Positions 43,553 to 52,954 of a DNA stretch of 64,000 nucleotides are shown piece after piece. A program made the translations under genes and the position numbers. Under the pieces are notes generated by a model that searched no databases, was not told the DNA's origin, and saw only the letters and a list, made by a program, of their open reading frames with translations. The stretch lies in the IMG/VR virus record IMGVR_UViG_3300044625_001067, positions 1 to 64,000 of that record; one strand, given 5' to 3'. Numbering within the stretch: the stretch's first letter is position 1; each line of letters opens with the position of its first letter.

Positions 43553-43668
43553 GAGGGAGAAATGCCGGTTCAAGTCCGGCTCTGGGGGTCCTATAACGTG
43601 GGGTCCTGGGTAGTTTAACTGGTGCCAAGGACTTGTTATCAGTACGCACAAGTCCAAAAACTTCTTTC
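43553..43668 (+). ncRNA. circularly permuted tRNA-like element 2, with hairpin inserted in the D loop
   Basis: GAGGGAG, GCCGG-TTCAAGT-CCGGC, closed acceptor hairpin, TA-GTTT-AACTGGT..[GGACTTGT/ACAAGTCC]..AAAC, TTCTTTC. Confidence 0.7.
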
Positions 43669-43674
43669 CCACAA

Positions 43675-43747
43675 CCCCTCATAGTGTAGCGGCCAAGCAC
43701 GCACCTCTGTCTAAGGTGTATCACGGGTTCAAATCCCGTTGAGGGGG
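43675..43747 (+). tRNA. tRNA-Asp(GTC)
   Basis: CCCCTCA/TGAGGGG; CACCT-CTGTCTA-AGGTG; G73. Confidence 0.92.
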
Positions 43748-43783
43748 TTATTCCGAGGGGTGGCCACCCCAATGACGAATAAA

Positions 43784-43843
43784 GCCAGAGTCCCTGGATA
43801 GGGAAGAGTCGCGACAACGGGGTTCGAATCCCCAGCTCTGGTG
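43784..43843 (+). ncRNA. tRNA-like element lacking an anticodon arm
   Basis: GCCAGAG/CTCTGGT; CCCT-GGAT-AGGG; stub GTCGCGAC; GGGG-TTCGAAT-CCCC. Confidence 0.6.
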
Positions 43844-43860
43844 TTGACGCCCTGGATTGA

Positions 43861-43925
43861 GCGGTTAACCGTTTGCTCCGGGACGGTTTCCCGCCCTTTC
43901 ACCTTTCTGCGAAACGGGTTATAGT
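43861..43925 (+). promoter_or_regulatory. composite promoter 3 of RNA island
   Basis: GCGGTTAACCG and ACGGTTTCCCG boxes, TATAGT 43920-25. Confidence 0.8.
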
Positions 43926-44070
43926 AAAAGGGTGGTTACGGGAGTTTCACTCTCGGCCCCGAACGCTGCGGTTAGGTCTCTGCGTTAGTGAGACTGGCAG
44001 GAGCCCGCCTCCCAGGGCGATGCTTAAGAGCTAGACCCCTTTCTCTGGTTCCCGGAGAAAGATTCCCCGA

Positions 44071-44120
44071 TCCAACTGGTGGTTTGCCTCCGGCAAAGCA
44101 GGTTCGAGTCCTGCCTTGGA
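44071..44120 (+). ncRNA. miniature tRNA-like element
   Basis: TCCAA/TTGGA; CTGGTGG D-loop remnant; TTTGCC/GGCAAA; GCAGG-TTCGAGT-CCTGC. Confidence 0.5.
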
Positions 44121-44213
44121 AATTGGTGCGAAGATCCCTAAGTCTTTATGCCATCTCGTCTCAGAATCCAGCTGTTTGCTTAGGGGCGAACGATCTCTGG
44201 TGAAAAGAGCGAG

Positions 44214-44287
44214 TCTCTCATCGACTAATTGGTAATGTCACCGCCGGGTTACTGGTGGGAATCCAGGTTCGAACCCTGGTGAGAGTG
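44214..44287 (+). tRNA. tRNA-Asn(GTT)-like with 8-nt anticodon loop lacking U33
   Basis: CTCTCA/TGAGAG; CCGCC-GGGTTACT-GGTGG; CCAGG-TTCGAAC-CCTGG; G73. Confidence 0.7.
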
Positions 44288-44316
44288 TTTGCTCTAGTGT
44301 GCTAGAGTGATTAAAA

Positions 44317-44390
44317 GCCCGAGTAACCCAGCGGAAGAGGTGCCTGACTTAAAATCAGGAAGTCGTAGGGTTCGAATCCCACCTCGGGTA
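44317..44390 (+). tRNA. tRNA-Leu(TAA), short variable loop
   Basis: GCCCGAG/CTCGGGT; CCTGA-CTTAAAA-TCAGG; A73. Confidence 0.88.
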
Positions 44391-44441
44391 TTGCTCCTTT
44401 GACCTGGGCCTGGAAGCTCAGTGAATAAGGAACAAACAATC

Positions 44442-44516
44442 GCGTATGTACCCCAACCGGAAGAGGGGCAACACTGAGACTGTTGTTATGTGGAGGTTCG
44501 ACCCCTCTCATGCGCA
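44442..44516 (+). tRNA. tRNA-Leu(GAG), short variable loop
   Basis: GCGTATG/CATGCGC; CAACA-CTGAGAC-TGTTG. Confidence 0.85.
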
Positions 44517-44589
44517 TTTTCCTTTTACCACCCTTCACATAGTGGCGGTAGCTTGGAAAGAACCCTGCGGTTGAAAACCATGGGCAAAA

Positions 44590-44660
44590 TCTCGAATCGA
44601 CTAGTGGTAGGTCGCCTGTCTCTGAAACAGGAAACTTTGGTTCGAATCCAAATTTGAGAA
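44590..44660 (+). tRNA. tRNA-Gln(CTG)
   Basis: TCTCGAA/TTTGAGA; CCTGT-CTCTGAA-ACAGG. Confidence 0.9.
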
Positions 44661-44715
44661 TAACGTTTGGGGCACATCTATGTGCCCTTGCGTACGTTTC
44701 TCGTAGAGAAACCTT

Positions 44716-44804
44716 GGAAGAGTGGTCGAGTGGCTGATGACGATTGCTTGGAAAGCAATTGAGGCGCAAAAGCGTCTCCGGAGGTTCGAATCCTCTCTCT
44801 TCCG
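44716..44804 (+). tRNA. tRNA-Ser(GGA)
   Basis: GGAAGAG/CTCTTCC; loop TTGGAAA; long variable arm; G73. Confidence 0.95.
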
Positions 44805-44862
44805 TCTCACCTGAAAGTAGTACAGCAATAGGGTAAATTATAGGAGTCAATACGTATTTACC

Positions 44863-45564
44863 ATGTCGCTAGGATACTTCTCAGACGAGGTAGTTGAGTG
44901 GCTGTACGAGAACTACTCGGAGTTGGCCGGCAGTATTCTCTACGAATTTACAACGTGCCAGCGACCCAACGGAACTGTATACGGCACGGCAGGAACTTGT
45001 CGAAAAGGTTCCGAGATAGAACAACGGCGCCAGGAGTCAATAACTCACCTGAACACTACCCTGGCTTCCTTAAGGAACAAGCGTGATAACTCACCCGAAG
45101 AGAGCAGGAGCAGGATAAATAGATTGATCACCAAGCTGGAAACGGACCTAAAGGCTATTCAGGGTGTTAAGGGGGCGGAAAAGAAAAGTACGGGGGTCGG
45201 TAGTAGAGCAACGGGTCAGGACCCTATTCGAAATCCCGTGGATCATTCTGCGATGACGCCTGAAAAGACTCAAAATGAGACGTATGGGTTTTACGGTACT
45301 ACTCGAGATGCGAAACCCAAGGAAGTGGAAAAGCGCTGGCGTCACGCATCACGAGCGATTCAGTCTCAAGGGGTGCTTCCGATACACGCACGACGCCTGC
45401 TCGACGCGTCGTGGGGTAGGCATTTGGCAAATGAGCTGGGGAAGACACCAACTGACAAGGTATGGAAGACGGTTCAAGAAATGCTTGAGAAACGTGATTC
45501 ACCAGAACGAAGAGACTTCCTGAAGATTTTGAGGATGGTCACAAGAGAGGACTACGAAGACTGA
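44863..45564 (+). CDS. hypothetical protein with N-terminal 'CQRPNGTVYGTAGTCRKG' motif
   Basis: 233-aa ORF preceded by GGGTAAA motif; last plus-strand gene before the strand switch. Confidence 0.7.
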   Translation: MSLGYFSDEVVEWLYENYSELAGSILYEFTTCQRPNGTVYGTAGTCRKGSEIEQRRQESITHLNTTLASLRNKRDNSPEESRSRINRLITKLETDLKAIQGVKGAEKKSTGVGSRATGQDPIRNPVDHSAMTPEKTQNETYGFYGTTRDAKPKEVEKRWRHASRAIQSQGVLPIHARRLLDASWGRHLANELGKTPTDKVWKTVQEMLEKRDSPERRDFLKILRMVTREDYED

Positions 45565-45805
45565 GCCTTAGCCTGCAGGGCTAGCGTCATGACATCGGCA
45601 AGTACGGGTCATGCACTCTAAACGTACACGGATCCCCATCGTTGAAATACGGGGCGTACTGAGACCAATGTACGGCCTTAATGGCAGGGTTCTTTTCCCA
45701 GAACTCAGCAAAGTACTCTTTTAGCCTCTCCTGAGCGACCTTTTGGAATCTCTCTTGTTGCTCTGTAAACTCTTGAATAAGTAAGTCGAGGGATTGTGAC
45801 ATGGT

Positions 45806-46168
45806 TTAGTCTCCGATTGGAATGAATTTGGTTTGTTTGTTGGGTGACTTGTTAGTGCCAGACATCCACGGTTGTGCAACCATGTTGTTTAGGTACTTTT
45901 CGACCGTGGGAATGAACCCGAGGTCTTGACTAATGTGATCTTCGGCGATGTCTCGGGGAGAGTAAGTTATTCCAGCAGAGTTTGTGCGTGTGCGACCGAA
46001 CATCTGCTCAACGACAAAACACCCGAACGACGAGTGAAGCAATGCCCGGTGACGAATGTCGGGAAAGGCAATCTTGCTACTGTCAATAAAGTCGTCGATA
46101 TCGGCGTAGTCGTTGGGGGAGCCTCCATACTTTCTGGCATGTATCCTCCCGTGTAGAAAAGGTTTCAT
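45806..46168 (-). CDS. DUF6915-like His-rich phage protein
   Basis: 'HARKYGG...DFIDSSK...RHRALLHS...IAEDHI..DLGFIP'. Confidence 0.65.
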   Translation of the reverse strand: MKPFLHGRIHARKYGGSPNDYADIDDFIDSSKIAFPDIRHRALLHSSFGCFVVEQMFGRTRTNSAGITYSPRDIAEDHISQDLGFIPTVEKYLNNMVAQPWMSGTNKSPNKQTKFIPIGD

Positions 46169-46184
46169 ATCAAATGTGGAAGTT

Positions 46185-46988
46185 TTAACAAAGTTTTTCG
46201 TCAGTCTTGCAAGATCGTGGCTGACTCCATGAGGTCTCCCGCTCAAGCCGAACTTTGTAGGTTTCTTTAGAAGTGTCGTACCAAAACTCGGGATCTTTTA
46301 CTCGGCACGGTGGCACGTCCGTGAAGTTCGCCTCTCGTGGCAAAAGCTTGGATACTAGTCGTATGCATTCCCGTGTAATCTCGTCAACCGTTTGACACCC
46401 GTCGATTGTAACCACGGGGTAACATTTCAGTCCCAGTTGTTCGTTAGGGGTTTGAAACCCTGTAAGCAAACGGTCGAAAAAAGGTCGTTCTGACCGCTCA
46501 AACCTGTCTCGGACAGTCAGCCCGTCGTTTTCTCGCCTTGAGAGCCGTCTCATGGACTCATCAACGGGAACGTCGAAAAACAGTTCCAAGTCAGGGTACA
46601 AGACTCCGCAGGCAAGTTCGTGGGCTTTCTCTACCACTTCAGGCCCCAAACCTCGTCCCCACCCTTGATAGGCTAAGGTGCTCGCGTAAAATCGGTCGCA
46701 TAACACCCAGTTACCTTTCTCCAGCTCCGGCATTATTACTGTTGCAACGTGTTGAGCCCGGTCGGCCATGAGCAGTAAAAGTTCGGCTTTCGGTGTGATC
46801 GCAGCCTTAGGGTCCTTAAGCAAGTCTCGCACACCTGGTAAACATCCTGGCTCTCGAGTTGTGACAACTTTCACCCCCCCAGGTAATTGACCACTGCTCG
46901 AAAGCCACTCAGAAACAGCCTTAAGCTGAGTTGTTTTTCCGCAGCCGTCAAGACCTTCAAAGGTTATTAACTGTCCTGTGTAACTCAT
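46185..46988 (-). CDS. tmk: thymidylate kinase
   Basis: 'ITFEGLDGCGKTTQ', 'TREPG', 'ADRAQH', 'VLCDRF..STLAYQG', 'DRFE'. Confidence 0.95.
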   Translation of the reverse strand: MSYTGQLITFEGLDGCGKTTQLKAVSEWLSSSGQLPGGVKVVTTREPGCLPGVRDLLKDPKAAITPKAELLLLMADRAQHVATVIMPELEKGNWVLCDRFYASTLAYQGWGRGLGPEVVEKAHELACGVLYPDLELFFDVPVDESMRRLSRRENDGLTVRDRFERSERPFFDRLLTGFQTPNEQLGLKCYPVVTIDGCQTVDEITRECIRLVSKLLPREANFTDVPPCRVKDPEFWYDTSKETYKVRLERETSWSQPRSCKTDEKLC

Positions 46989-47156
46989 AGCGAAATTGTT
47001 TGAATATAGTTTTGGTAACGGGTGAAGCGACCTACAGACGCTTTCACGTTTAAGCTTCGACAAGCTTCACAGTAGGAGAGAAACTCGTACCATGGGGTCG
47101 TGGGATCTAAAGTCTCGAGCTTGGCCTCTGCCCATGTCTCAGAAGTACCATGGCCC

Positions 47157-47465
47157 TTAGTCATGTCTCAGCCACGGAGGCGCCCTGAAAAAGTTTGCAA
47201 GATCGTCTGGGGATTGGGGTCCAACTAAATGAGAGGAAGGATCCGCAAAGCCGAGGTTCATCCCGTCGATAAGTTCGTCGAGAGACCCCGGCTCAGGCTC
47301 CCCCGAGATTGCCCTCCGACGTGCTTTCTGAAGGATCTCGTAGGCGTGGCGATTGTGGTCTGACCATTTCTGAATAAGGGAAATCTCCTTAAGGGAAATC
47401 TCCTCGTGTCTTGAGATACGGTCGGCAATATCTTGTAGCTGGAGTCGTGTGTCAGTGGACAACAT
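47157..47465 (-). CDS. conserved cyanophage hypothetical protein
   Basis: 'MLSTDTRLQL...ARR...LGFADPSSH' resembles a cyanomyophage conserved family as I recall it. Confidence 0.6.
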   Translation of the reverse strand: MLSTDTRLQLQDIADRISRHEEISLKEISLIQKWSDHNRHAYEILQKARRRAISGEPEPGSLDELIDGMNLGFADPSSHLVGPQSPDDLANFFRAPPWLRHD

Positions 47466-47930
47466 TTGACTGAAGGGTTGGGGTACTAACCTGGAAGTTG
47501 AGCTCCGCTCAGCGTCTGTGCTCAAAGGTCGAAAGACGCCAGGGAATGTGCTAAACAGATTTCGTCTGATGCTTGCTTGCATTGCTCGGCGCAATCAATT
47601 AGAACTTGAGCGTAGTCAGCCCTACCGATGTCGTCCACTCGGTCAATGTCACGTTCGAAAGACGCTTGCTTCTCCTTGAGAAGGTCGTTTATGAGCGACC
47701 ATGTCTCGCGAGGAAGTGAAACAGAAATAACGGAATCAATTTTCATGGTTGTTGTTTGGCGTTGAGGGTGTTGTTTTGGCAGGTGGGAAGCACCACGAAG
47801 TTGCTCTACCATAAGGTTTGCAACAAGCTCCTGTCTCTCTGGCACGACATTAGGTAGGTGGAAGCTCATTTCGGCCATGGTAGCCATTATTTCTCTTCTT
47901 TTCCTAGGGGGTGGTGCGAGTGTGTATGAA

Positions 47931-48332
47931 TCATTGCATAACCTGAACACAAGGAATCCCAAGTTCTCTCACAACTTTACAGTTGTCTTGGTTGTCGTCG
48001 TACCAAAGCGAAGGGCGTCCGAAATCTTCAATAATTGCGAGAGCTTGCTCGGTCTTAACGTAGTGGTCGGGGAGATCGTCCCCGTCCTCTCTCATGTATA
48101 AGGCGTCGAACTTAACACCCACACTTTGTAGCCAGTTTTCTGAGCCGGCTCGAAGACGATTTGGGCGAGCAGTGGATATAAGGATTGTAACACCGGATAC
48201 AGCTAGAGATACTGCAAGTTGAACGAGTGGCAAATTGGCTCGAAGCGTTGCAACATTGTCTTCGTAATACCACTCACTCGTGAGTGTCATGTCAATATCA
48301 AACACCACTAAGGGGTTATTTTTAGGCGTCAC
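47931..48332 (-). CDS. HAD-family phosphatase (T4 Pnkp 3'-phosphatase-like)
   Basis: 'VFDIDMTL', 'STAR', 'LYMREDGD..PDHYVK', 'YDDN'. Confidence 0.8.
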   Translation of the reverse strand: MTPKNNPLVVFDIDMTLTSEWYYEDNVATLRANLPLVQLAVSLAVSGVTILISTARPNRLRAGSENWLQSVGVKFDALYMREDGDDLPDHYVKTEQALAIIEDFGRPSLWYDDNQDNCKVVRELGIPCVQVMQ

Positions 48333-50072
48333 GACATAAGGGCAATGTGAATGCTGTCTAGCTGTTGAAGCAATATGTTCATTTTCGCTGCCTCGCTCAC
48401 AGCCAAATCAAGCTGTCCACGTGTCACATAAGTGGCAACTACCTGACTCGCTTGTGCCCTAAAGGTGGAGGAAAAGGCTTCGGCACACTGAGCTAAAACG
48501 AGCCAGTCTGAGTTGGGGAGACTCACCGAACGGTGAATTTCTTCACCTTCACCTTGTGTAAAGACCTGTGTAATCGCGGAAGTATGGCTCATGGGTTAGG
48601 ATTGTGGTTTTTTGGCCATTTCAAGCTGAGCCTTGTAGAGTGCCACCCTCTTCTGGGTACCCTTCTTAACAAGGTTCAGATGGTTGAGTGTTCGAGTGGG
48701 GTTTGTTGGTTTCATTGGGTATGGTGTCGCCTCTTGTGAAGTTGGTTTAGGAAGAGAAAGCCCCCTATCTTAGTGAAAACCTCGATTGGTTGCCACCTTA
48801 GGTACGAAGAGGTAAGATACCACTTTCCTTCGGCATTTTTGTAAACTTTCCCCACGAGTACATCCGTAGTGGGGCACTTGTAGGTTACGAACGATGGGAA
48901 GTTAAACCCAACTCGAAGGGGTGACTTGTACGGGGCAGGTTTATCGTACACGGTTGACCTCCTCCCAGTAGTCTGATCGTGGTTTGCTGGTTTTCGTCAC
49001 ATCTCTGACTCGGACCGTAGCTTTTCGCTTTCTAAGCATTTCAGCCAAGGTGGCCCTGAGTTTAGGGTCCGTGGTGGTATTATAGGCTTGTTCGAGTCTC
49101 TCGTAAACTGCGTCCCGGTTCGGGATCTGCAGGTTTTCCTTGTTCAGTACCTCAGAGCTGAGGTCCAGGGTTCCTAGTTTACCTTGGATTTTGTTCCTTC
49201 CGAAGTTCCCCGAGACTCTGCCGTTCGTTCGCAGTTTCGGCTTAATTTTGCTTAAGTTGCTGTTTTCCATGTCCTACACATGCTCCACAGAAAGATCGCG
49301 AGAAGCTTCGCATGAGTATTGGAAAGCCAAGTCCATGAGGTAGTCCTCTACTTGCCTGAGCTTTTCAAGAGCCGCTTCCCGTTCCTCGCAGAATAACTCC
49401 CATGCTTCCTCATCCCTAGTACCGCGAGATGGGCAGTTCGCTTGGATAAGTTTCTTTCGGGCATCGTGAACAGACGCCCAAACCCCGTTGTACTCAGACG
49501 CAAGGGTAGAAGCATTAGTTTCACTCTTCTCAGTGGCAGGGGTGCAGGTCATTGCTTTGCTTGCGGATGGGACTGAGGGGTCAACTTTTGAAGGAGGCAG
49601 GCGCGGCGAGCTCTCGCTTGGCGAAGAGCTTGGGGCTTGGCCCTGCCTTTTCGTTTTCGGCCCTTTTGGCGGGGTCCAAGTTTGGAGCGGACTGAGTCGT
49701 TTTCCATACATTTACTATACCGTTTCTGCGAGGCAGAAACAAAGGGCGAAAACCGCCCCATGAAGGAGGGTTAACCGCCCACTCTCCCACAAGGACTAGT
49801 TAGGGACTGGACTGTGTATTAACCCAAAGACGTTCAGGGTTATTCCAACTACGATGACAGCTACCACATCCCACTGCTTTTTCTTTACAAAGAAGGGAAG
49901 GCTCAGAGTGCTCCCTGTAATCAGAATTAATAGGCCCACCTTACGGTCCAAGAAAAGCAAAACAAATTGTCCAACTACCAGCGCAATATTTCCAAGGATG
50001 CGGAGGTAAGTGAGTCTGGGGCGGACACGTGGGTATTTCATGGTCCGAAGGTGTGATAGGTAGTTATTCGTC

Positions 50073-50957
50073 CTACGAAACAACCTTGAGTGTTTTCAGA
50101 ATCTTGCTCAACCGTGCTGGCTTCAAGTACGACTTGAACTCTAAACCCTCAAAGAGTGCTTCTACACTCTGTTCAGACGGCGGTGAAGACGCGTACCACG
50201 ACAAATCGGGAACATCGTCCTCAAGAGTGACCAAGCGAAGGTTACTAAAGAATGTGGACGCAGTTGAAACCACCTTAGGATGGAACGCGATTCGATCAGC
50301 GAGCGACAGCTCTGAGTTTGTACCGCTGGTGTGGCACTCTTGGATTATCTTCACAGCGGTCTTCGGGCCAACGCCGGAGACACCTGATATGTTATCTGAG
50401 GAGTCCCCAGACAAAGCCTTGAAGAACTTGACGTCTGAGGGGGGAACACCGAAGTGCCCCTTAACACCCTCAATGTCAACCAGCTCCATTTTCTTAGCTG
50501 AGTTGAAGAGAAGCACCTTTACTCTGTCGTTGACAAGCTGAAGCAGGTCCTTATCGCAAGTCAAAATGTGTACTTCACTGTACCCAGGAGAGTTACGAGA
50601 AATATGAGCTACAACATCGTCCGCCTCAAAACCCTGGGCACCCACTGGCGAAAAACCAAGAGCTGGAAGGACGTCTTCAACCAGGAGGGAAAGGTCGGAG
50701 TAGTGCTCAACGCTGGCTTTTTCTCGATTCGCCTTATAAGTACCGGATTCTTTCTTGCGAAAGTTTCCACCTTTATCTGTACAAGGAACTACGCAATCGT
50801 ACTCGTACTGAGCCATCACGGCAAGTAAGGCGTTGCAAAACCCATAAGTCCCAGTTACTGGAGCTCCATAGCTCGTAACCATTTCACCCATAGCTCGACG
50901 GAGAGCTGAGCGCGAGCGAAAAAATAGCGCGGATGTGTCTACGAGAAGCAGTTTCAT
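50073..50957 (-). CDS. 5'-3' exonuclease / flap endonuclease (PolI N-terminal-like)
   Basis: 'LLVD', 'YKANR', 'EADD', 'DKDLLQL', 'GDSSDNISGVSGVGPKTA'. Confidence 0.93.
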   Translation of the reverse strand: MKLLLVDTSALFFRSRSALRRAMGEMVTSYGAPVTGTYGFCNALLAVMAQYEYDCVVPCTDKGGNFRKKESGTYKANREKASVEHYSDLSLLVEDVLPALGFSPVGAQGFEADDVVAHISRNSPGYSEVHILTCDKDLLQLVNDRVKVLLFNSAKKMELVDIEGVKGHFGVPPSDVKFFKALSGDSSDNISGVSGVGPKTAVKIIQECHTSGTNSELSLADRIAFHPKVVSTASTFFSNLRLVTLEDDVPDLSWYASSPPSEQSVEALFEGLEFKSYLKPARLSKILKTLKVVS

Positions 50958-51002
50958 TGTTTAGGTTCTGGTGTGGTTTTAGTGTCGGAACTTGGCTCCA
51001 GA

Positions 51003-51725
51003 CTAGTCCTTGCGAGGTTGCCGTGAAAATTGGTGAAAAGTATTTTGAGTGACGTTGTAAGCGGTTAGGCGACCCTTCGTCTTAATAAACGCACCCGTAT
51101 CTATATTTACGCGTTGTCCCGTCACAACGGGAAGGTGGTCCTGAGGTGGTTCCTCGAAGTTGGTTGGTGTGTGACCATGAACGACTTTCTTCAGTCGTGG
51201 GTTCCACCCTTCGAACTCCGGCCCGTATCTCAGAAAAGGTTGTCGAATCCACAGGAGTGCCTCGCCTCTCCCATCGACAATGAGCTTTGCAGGGTCGTGG
51301 CCAGGGTACACCCCTGCGTGAATGAAAAGGGTATCTCCAATTGTCATATACAAGGGTAGATTTCGAATCCACTCCTTATGTTCCCTCTCCATGTCACCCA
51401 CTTGGTCATAGTTTCCCCCGTTTCGAATCCACAGAACGTAACTACTTGGGTCGTCAAGGGCGTCAAGAAACATCCTCTCGTGGTTCCCCATCAGGGCATA
51501 AAAGGCTTGAAGCCCCCAACTTTCCGGATCGTAGAGGAGCTTTTTCGTATACTCCAAAACTTTCAGGTCGCCCCTACCACGATCAATCATGTCACCTAAA
51601 AGTATGACGGTGGCTTGAGACCCTTTCACCCAATTTAGAAATTGTTCGAAAAGAGTCCAGGTCGCGTGAATGTCCCCCAGAGCAACTACGTCCCCCGGCT
51701 GTATTTTGTTGTCGTAAGTTATCAT
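51003..51725 (-). CDS. calcineurin-like metallophosphoesterase
   Basis: 'GDIH', 'LGDMIDRG', 'GNHE', 'HAG', 'VHGHTP', 'NIDTGA'. Confidence 0.92.
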   Translation of the reverse strand: MITYDNKIQPGDVVALGDIHATWTLFEQFLNWVKGSQATVILLGDMIDRGRGDLKVLEYTKKLLYDPESWGLQAFYALMGNHERMFLDALDDPSSYVLWIRNGGNYDQVGDMEREHKEWIRNLPLYMTIGDTLFIHAGVYPGHDPAKLIVDGRGEALLWIRQPFLRYGPEFEGWNPRLKKVVHGHTPTNFEEPPQDHLPVVTGQRVNIDTGAFIKTKGRLTAYNVTQNTFHQFSRQPRKD

Positions 51726-51729
51726 CTTG

Positions 51730-52191
51730 TCAGTATATGAAGTCAATACGGTGGAAGGGTTCGTTGATATTCTTAAGGGAAGCTTGTAAGGAGGCGTGCA
51801 TGCGCTCAATCACTTCTTCCGGAACCCTACGCTCGCGAGAAGCATTCTGGCGCAGGCAAACGGTGAGGGGCTTGTCAAGGACAACAGCGGTGATTTTGCA
51901 GTAACCGTACGAGTTTAGCATAGCAACTGCTTCCTTGCGGTAAGCTGCCTTGTAGTGGGTACCATCCATAACTATAGTCCGACCTACACTCTCCTCCAGA
52001 ATCTCAAGCATGCGGTCGTGGATTTCTACGTAATTTCCTTGAATGTCCGCGTTCCCGTAGAGCTCAGCGCGGATTTCATCGCCGGAAATTACAACGGCAT
52101 CTGGGTGAAGCTCTAGTAGCTTAGCCACATGGGTTGACTTTCCGGAGCCAGGGGCACCGACCATCACGTATGCTTCGAGGTTGTTTTCCAT
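51730..52191 (-). CDS. P-loop polynucleotide kinase-like (AAA_33)
   Basis: 'VGAPGSGKST', 'SGDEIR', 'DGTH', 'RNASR.R.VPEEVI'-type motif. Confidence 0.85.
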   Translation of the reverse strand: MENNLEAYVMVGAPGSGKSTHVAKLLELHPDAVVISGDEIRAELYGNADIQGNYVEIHDRMLEILEESVGRTIVMDGTHYKAAYRKEAVAMLNSYGYCKITAVVLDKPLTVCLRQNASRERRVPEEVIERMHASLQASLKNINEPFHRIDFIY

Positions 52192-52441
52192 ATTTATATT
52201 ATACCGTTATTCCTCGTCAGGGCAAGGCGGGAAACCGCCCAAGGACAAGCGGTTTACCGGCCAACTTTAGCTTTTGGTCTCAGACCGGAAAAAGTTATAC
52301 TCTTCAACCCACTCATGAAGAGGGTCCTCATTCACAACGTCCCCACTGTTGTTCACATAGTCTTGAACCACCCAGGCAATCTCTCTAAACTCCAGGTCGT
52401 TCCAGGGCCATGACGCACCCACTTTGACGCCAGGGCAGCCC

Positions 52442-52945
52442 TTAAGCAGACTCCTTAACTTTTCTTTGAGCTTTTCGGAACTTTTCATTGTTTCTCAAGA
52501 GTGTTGCAAGTTTTAAAGCGTACCTGTTCCCCTGAAAAGGTGCAGGGTTTTTGCCTTGGTCTAAAACCTTTCTCAGCGCCGTGCTCGAACCACTTCGTTC
52601 GTTCCCATGAAAAGAGACTCCGAAGGTGTGCGAAAGCTGCAATCCGAGTGAAGCTTGGTCGGACCCCAGAACGAGAACCACCTCGCTTGGCTTCCTGCTT
52701 TTTAGAACATCTGACAACCCCGCATAGGGATCGATGGCCTTTAGAAATGATACCCTACTCAGGTCAATGCTCGCTTGGCGGCACAGCGTCCGCAGAAGTA
52801 AAACTCGAAGGTCCCAGTCGTTGTTCTGTCTCCCTAAGGACACATAAACTTTAGCGGTCGAACCAAGGGTGAGCAACTTTTTAACTAGCTCAACATGGCC
52901 GGGGTGGCCTATGTTAAACCTCCCGAACGTTACAGCGGTTTTCAC
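52442..52945 (-). CDS. cytidylyltransferase-like (HxGH) nucleotidyltransferase
   Basis: 'TFGRFNIGHPGH', 'VLGSD', 'SSTALR'. Confidence 0.75.
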   Translation of the reverse strand: MKTAVTFGRFNIGHPGHVELVKKLLTLGSTAKVYVSLGRQNNDWDLRVLLLRTLCRQASIDLSRVSFLKAIDPYAGLSDVLKSRKPSEVVLVLGSDQASLGLQLSHTFGVSFHGNERSGSSTALRKVLDQGKNPAPFQGNRYALKLATLLRNNEKFRKAQRKVKESA

Positions 52946-52954
52946 AGATGTTTT

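Noticed and set aside
41293-44810. Theta/HDV-like ribozymes in tRNA 3' trailers
   Set aside because: Trailers are simple hairpins; the nested double-pseudoknot order was not found
40670-44850. Many short ORFs called across the RNA island on both strands
   Set aside because: They overlap tRNAs and structured RNAs and have no protein motifs; treated as spurious
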